Origin: Nitrososphaerota archaeon
Lineage (GTDB): Archaea > Thermoproteota > Nitrososphaeria > Nitrososphaerales > Nitrosopumilaceae
Assembly: GCA_022573895.1 (NCBI GenBank)
Contig: JACZTB010000005.1
Coordinates: 15,909 to 47,908, forward strand
Reading direction: 5' to 3'
DNA length: 32,000 nt
Below are positions 23,839-32,000 of the stretch, piece after piece. The notes below the pieces were generated by a model. It was not told the origin of the DNA and did no database searches. It worked only from the letters and a program-made list of their open reading frames with translations. The translations under genes were made by a program, and so were the position numbers. The first letter of the stretch is position 1. Each line of letters starts with the position of its first letter.

Positions 23839-23910
23839 CACCGTACAAGTCGTGTATACGTTCCACTTGATGAATTGAAAATGAATTCATCGTGCATAGT
23901 CTCTATGTAA

Positions 23911-26923
<3,013 letters not shown>

Positions 26924-27059
26924 ATATTACACGACTATGCACGACGATCATTGCAAATCTCCTGGCAGAGACCTGCTACATCCTTCATACAACACTTTCG
27001 TGATGCATTGCATCGATGATTTTGTGAAGATAAGTGCATCCGTACACTTTCCTTGTCTA
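26924..27059 (-). other. 16S-23S internal transcribed spacer without tRNA
   Basis: ~136 nt between the 16S 3' end and the 23S 5' helix, too short and unstructured for a tRNA. It contains one strand each of the 16S stem (27024-27043) and the 23S stem (26915-26943). Confidence 0.8.
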
Positions 27060-28530
<1,471 letters not shown>

Positions 28531-28755
28531 CTGATTTACTTTATTATTTTTTGATTATTTAAGTACACATTGTACTTATATTGGAATTGACGGATGCACA
28601 TAATCTTCACATTTCAGATTTGATCATTTTGATCAGATCCTCATTTTGTATGCGTAACTGGAGGCCCATGAATCATAAAATGGCATAATACCATAACTTC
28701 ATCACAAGCGCCGCCTAATGCGTTACGTATGCAGAAGGTGAAGACAGCAGAAACC

Positions 28756-28762
28756 ATATAAA
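28756..28762 (-). promoter_or_regulatory. candidate TATA box of the rRNA operon promoter
   Basis: The minus strand reads GGTTTATATGG, ~225 nt upstream of the 16S 5' end. Other A/T-rich candidates exist nearer the 16S (for example around 28674-28681), so the assignment is tentative. Confidence 0.3.
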
Positions 28763-28855
28763 CCATGCGTGAAATTATGCCTGATCGATGAAAAATGTTC
28801 AACTTTTAGAGATTTTTGATAGTTAAAATTGTAGATTTTGTTTTAAAAGTTACTT

Positions 28856-30148
28856 TTGAAAAATTACAATTCTGAATACAAAAAGAAAACCAAGACATCT
28901 GCAAAGATATTTGCAAGATCTTTAAAACTTCATGTACATGGAGTAAGTCATAACATAAGATTTTATGAACCATATCCATTTGTTGTAAAATCATCTACAG
29001 GAAAAAATCTAGTTGATGTGGACAACAACAAGTATGCGGATTATTGGATGGGTCACTGGAGTTTGATATTAGGACATGGCCCAAAAAATGTCAAAGAATC
29101 TTTAAAAAAGCAGATTGAAGAAAACTGGATGTTTGGAACCGTAAATGAGCAGACAATAAAACTATCAGAATTAATTTCAAAGGCAGTTCCAGTTGCAGAA
29201 AAAATTCGCTATGTTACATCAGGAACTGAAGCTACAATGTATGCAGTAAGACTAGCGCGTTCTGTCACAGGTAAAAAAATTATTGCAAAGATTGATGGAG
29301 GATGGCACGGGTATACTTCGGATCTGCTAAAGAGTGTAAATTGGCCATTTACAGAATCAGAAAGTAGTGGAATAATCAATGAAGAAAAAATTATTTCAAT
29401 TCCTTACAATGATTTAGATAGCTCTTTGATGATTTTGAAAAAACATGTAAAGAATCTTGCAGGGGTTATCATCGAACCAGTTTTAGGTGGAGGTGGATGT
29501 ATTCCGGCATCTAAAGAATATCTCAAAGGAATTCAAGAATTTGTTCACAAAAACAAATCTTTGTATATTTTAGATGAGATTGTCACAGGTTTTAGATTCA
29601 GATATGGGTGTCTCTATCCTACTATGAAACTTGATCCTGATATTGTAACTCTGGGAAAAATTGTAGGAGGCGGAATGGCTATTGGCGTCATGTGTGGTAA
29701 AAAAGAGATCATGGAATATGCAGATACAACTGGAAAGAAAAAATCTGAGCGCTCCTATATAGGTGGGGGAACATTTTCTGCCAATCCCATATCAATGACA
29801 TCAGGATATGCAACACTTAGTTACCTGAAATCAAAAAAATCAGTTTATTCAAAAATTAACTCACTTGGAGAGTTTGCCAGAAAAGAGATTAGGAATGTAT
29901 TTGATGGAAAAGTTGTGGTCACTGGAATTGGCTCATTGTTTATGACTCACTTTCTAAAAGGCGACATTATAGAAGTTACAAATGCAGCACAGGCTGCAAA
30001 GTGTGATTCACAAATGCTACAAAGATATCATTTCAAGATGATATCACATGATGGAATATTCTTTTTACCGGGTAAATTAGGTGCAATATCTAATGCACAT
30101 AGCAAAGATGATATCAAGAAGATGATTTTAGCATCAGAGAATTTTTAG
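28856..30148 (+). CDS. class III (PLP-dependent) aminotransferase, glutamate-1-semialdehyde 2,1-aminomutase (HemL)-like
   Basis: Blocks [51 protein letters not shown] and the PLP-lysine context [16 protein letters not shown] (28856) is the first possible start after an in-frame TAA at 28844-28846. Confidence 0.8.
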   Translation: MKNYNSEYKKKTKTSAKIFARSLKLHVHGVSHNIRFYEPYPFVVKSSTGKNLVDVDNNKYADYWMGHWSLILGHGPKNVKESLKKQIEENWMFGTVNEQTIKLSELISKAVPVAEKIRYVTSGTEATMYAVRLARSVTGKKIIAKIDGGWHGYTSDLLKSVNWPFTESESSGIINEEKIISIPYNDLDSSLMILKKHVKNLAGVIIEPVLGGGGCIPASKEYLKGIQEFVHKNKSLYILDEIVTGFRFRYGCLYPTMKLDPDIVTLGKIVGGGMAIGVMCGKKEIMEYADTTGKKKSERSYIGGGTFSANPISMTSGYATLSYLKSKKSVYSKINSLGEFARKEIRNVFDGKVVVTGIGSLFMTHFLKGDIIEVTNAAQAAKCDSQMLQRYHFKMISHDGIFFLPGKLGAISNAHSKDDIKKMILASENF

Positions 30149-30151
30149 ATG

Positions 30152-30514
30152 TTATGAACCTTTTGGAAAAACCCTACGTCTCCAAGAAATTAGTTGGTTA
30201 AAGATATCCATATAATTTCTAGATTTGATAGTAATATGAACATGGGCAAAAAGTTCTCCAAATTGGGCTTCAAAAATCATTGTACACTCATCTTTGAATA
30301 AAGGTATTGAAATTCCAATTTTGTCGAGAGAATTAAATTCAAAATTTTCAATTTGAATGGTTTTGTCTCTAACTGTAATTTGTTTTTTTTCTGGATTTTT
30401 GTTAATAGAATCACCTAACTGTTTTTGTATTAAATTATTCCAAATTGGTGTGTTTTGTGGCCATCTATGCACATGAACTTTATCAGCTAAATACTTGATT
30501 TCGCTATTAGGCAA
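30152..30514 (-). CDS. hypothetical protein (120 aa)
   Basis: ORF only, with a TTG start as listed and no recognisable motif. Confidence 0.3.
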   Translation of the reverse strand: MPNSEIKYLADKVHVHRWPQNTPIWNNLIQKQLGDSINKNPEKKQITVRDKTIQIENFEFNSLDKIGISIPLFKDECTMIFEAQFGELFAHVHITIKSRNYMDIFNQLISWRRRVFPKGS

Positions 30515-30599
30515 TAAACAGATTCTTTTTTGATTAAAATTAAGCGTATCTTTGAATATTAAGATTCAATTTTTATAAAATAAACAAATCTAGAAAAGT

Positions 30600-30719
30600 A
30601 TGGAAAAGAAAAAAGAGAGAAAAGAAGACTATGCAACAGATGACCCTACAGATACATCAGCAAAAGAACAAGAAGACATGGTAAAAGAAGCAATCAAGAA
30701 ATTCAAGTCGCTAGGATAA
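30600..30719 (+). CDS. 39-aa highly charged small protein candidate (not in the supplied ORF track)
   Basis: My own translation gives MEKKKERKEDYATDDPTDTSAKEQEDMVKEAIKKFKSLG, then stop. TTTATAAAA at 30572-30580 lies 28 nt before the ATG, which is the leaderless promoter geometry. Confidence 0.3.
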   Translation: MEKKKERKEDYATDDPTDTSAKEQEDMVKEAIKKFKSLG

Positions 30720-30756
30720 GCCAAACTTTCATTAGCTATATCATTTTGTAGAAATT

Positions 30757-31578
30757 ATGGGGCTATTTGGTTCAAAAGTGAACACAGAAGATTTAATTTA
30801 TCATGCAATGTCAATGATGGAAAGGAATCTTCCAAAGGCGGCCATTTCATTATTCAACAAGGTTCTAAAGCAAGACTCAGAAAATACTTCAGCATTATAC
30901 AATAAAGGACTTGCATTAAACCAGATAAAAAAATACAGTGATGCAGTGACTTGTTTTGATAAATTATTAGAGATGAATCCCAAAGATGCTCAAGCGTTTA
31001 ACAACAAAGGAATTGCAATGGCAGAAATGGGTAATGTTCAGGATGCAGCAGAATGTTATGACAAAGCAATAGAGGCAGACCCAAAACTTGCTGCATCATA
31101 TTTTAACAAAGGAGTATTACTTGACAGATTACAAGAACATGAAGAAGCCATAGAATTTTTAGATAAAGCGATTTCTATAGAACCAAGAAAACCAAATGCG
31201 TTATTTTACAAAGGGATTATTCTAGGCAAAATGAAAAAACATGAAATGGCTCTGAATTGTTTTGAAAAGGTTTACAGAAAAAATCCAAGTCACATGGATG
31301 CATTGTTTCACAAAGGAATAGAACTTGCAGAGTTAGACAAGCATGAAAAGGCAATTAATATCTTCGAACAGATTTTATCAAAACATAAAGACAACGTAAA
31401 CATCATCTATGCAAAATCAAGAAGTAAAGCGGCTTTAGGAATGTATCCAGAATCATTAGAGCTATTGAAGATGGCAATTTCTAAAAATCCTAAATTAATT
31501 CGTTCATGGGCAAAAGAAGAAAAATTATTTGAGAAATTTCATGATAATAACCAATTCAGAAAACTTGTGAAACTATAA
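30757..31578 (+). CDS. tetratricopeptide (TPR) repeat protein
   Basis: About seven tandem 34-aa TPR units, for example AECYDKAIEADPKLAASYFNKGVLL and AIEFLDKAISIEPRKPNALFYKGIIL. There is no signal peptide. Confidence 0.8.
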   Translation: MGLFGSKVNTEDLIYHAMSMMERNLPKAAISLFNKVLKQDSENTSALYNKGLALNQIKKYSDAVTCFDKLLEMNPKDAQAFNNKGIAMAEMGNVQDAAECYDKAIEADPKLAASYFNKGVLLDRLQEHEEAIEFLDKAISIEPRKPNALFYKGIILGKMKKHEMALNCFEKVYRKNPSHMDALFHKGIELAELDKHEKAINIFEQILSKHKDNVNIIYAKSRSKAALGMYPESLELLKMAISKNPKLIRSWAKEEKLFEKFHDNNQFRKLVKL

Positions 31579-31618
31579 AATCAGTTTCATTAGATAGTTA
31601 GTAAAGAGATTAATTCAA

Positions 31619-32000
31619 TTACAGAATCTTTTTTCGTACTGCATCTATACGAATAATACCAACTTTCTTTTTTGGTCCTATCAACCTTGCCTCAAAGATT
31701 GGAACATAGACTTCAGTGATTTCGCGTAAAACAAACTCATCATTAAGTTTTCTTACATCTTCCTCTATTGGTTTTTTTAGTTGTGATTGAAGTTTGTTTA
31801 TTGCAGAATCATATGTTATTTCTGGCTTTTTGACATTTGGTTGATTTTTTTCCAATAATCGTTTAGGATAGTTTTCAATTGTTTTTGAATTGATTTTGAA
31901 TGGAAATTTAAGATCGTTTCCATGATGATCAAATGTTAATTCGTCTTCTTCTTCAATAAAGACATGTTCTTCTAATTTCAAATCAATCTTGTTTTTACCT
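31619..32000 (-). CDS. hypothetical protein, probably N-terminally truncated by the window edge
   Basis: The frame stays open from 31981 to the window end at 32000. The listed start is a TTG, so the true start is probably outside the window. Confidence 0.35.
   Translation of the reverse strand, partial: GKNKIDLKLEEHVFIEEEDELTFDHHGNDLKFPFKINSKTIENYPKRLLEKNQPNVKKPEITYDSAINKLQSQLKKPIEEDVRKLNDEFVLREITEVYVPIFEARLIGPKKKVGIIRIDAVRKKIL

Noticed and set aside
23693-23890. 65-aa ORF spanning the whole 23S-to-kinase spacer, with an ATGA overlap to the kinase start
   Set aside because: It starts immediately adjacent to the 23S processing stem, contains the T-tract terminator candidates and the kinase TATA-like element, and has an implausible sequence. 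I treated it as non-coding, though the ATGA overlap is noted.
23697-23910. Looked for a 5S rRNA gene downstream of 23S
   Set aside because: The region is A/T-rich with no GC-rich ~120-nt block or 5S-like helices.
26924-27059. Looked for a tRNA (for example tRNA-Ala) in the 16S-23S spacer
   Set aside because: The spacer is only ~136 nt and is largely used by the two processing-stem strands. No acceptor or T-arm (GTTCRA-like) pattern was seen.

Overview
AT-rich archaeal chromosome segment, roughly one third GC outside the rRNA genes. The 16S sequence and gene content look like a Nitrosopumilus-type ammonia-oxidising thaumarchaeon. That call rests on my memory of marine group I.1a 16S sequences and is not verified by a search. 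The window is mostly core genome: a nadE fragment, cysS, birA, tfb, msrA, an Obg/YchF-like GTPase, an NreA-like repair protein and a HemL-like aminotransferase. A 16S-23S rRNA operon lies on the minus strand (about 23.9-28.5 kb), with no tRNA in the spacer and no linked 5S. I saw no CRISPR array, transposase, integrase or tRNA gene, and no sign of a foreign island. The most interesting block is 14.7-19.6 kb. It holds a class III PHA synthase pair (phaE-phaC) facing a convergent AbrB-type regulator gene and a phasin-like gene. This resembles the haloarchaeal phaR-phaP arrangement. An alpha/beta hydrolase lies next to it, and two diverged Roadblock/LC7-like paralogues bracket the block. One paralogue shares a 53-nt divergent promoter spacer with phaE. 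Other points of interest follow. There are two matrixin-like metzincins, one apparently co-transcribed with a receiver protein that lacks the canonical Thr and Lys. A ~38-aa Trp-rich module occurs four times in two secreted proteins. GATC-rich palindromes sit upstream of a TrmB-like regulator gene, and the same TGATCA-N4-GATCA element recurs in the rRNA leader. There is a winged-helix protein with an extremely Met-rich segment, and a signal-peptide-less orphan BtuF-like binding protein. Two short ORFs are missing from the supplied track, one of them a 43-aa C-x2-C...H-x2-C zinc-finger-like protein. All functional calls come from motif recognition by eye. No searches were run.
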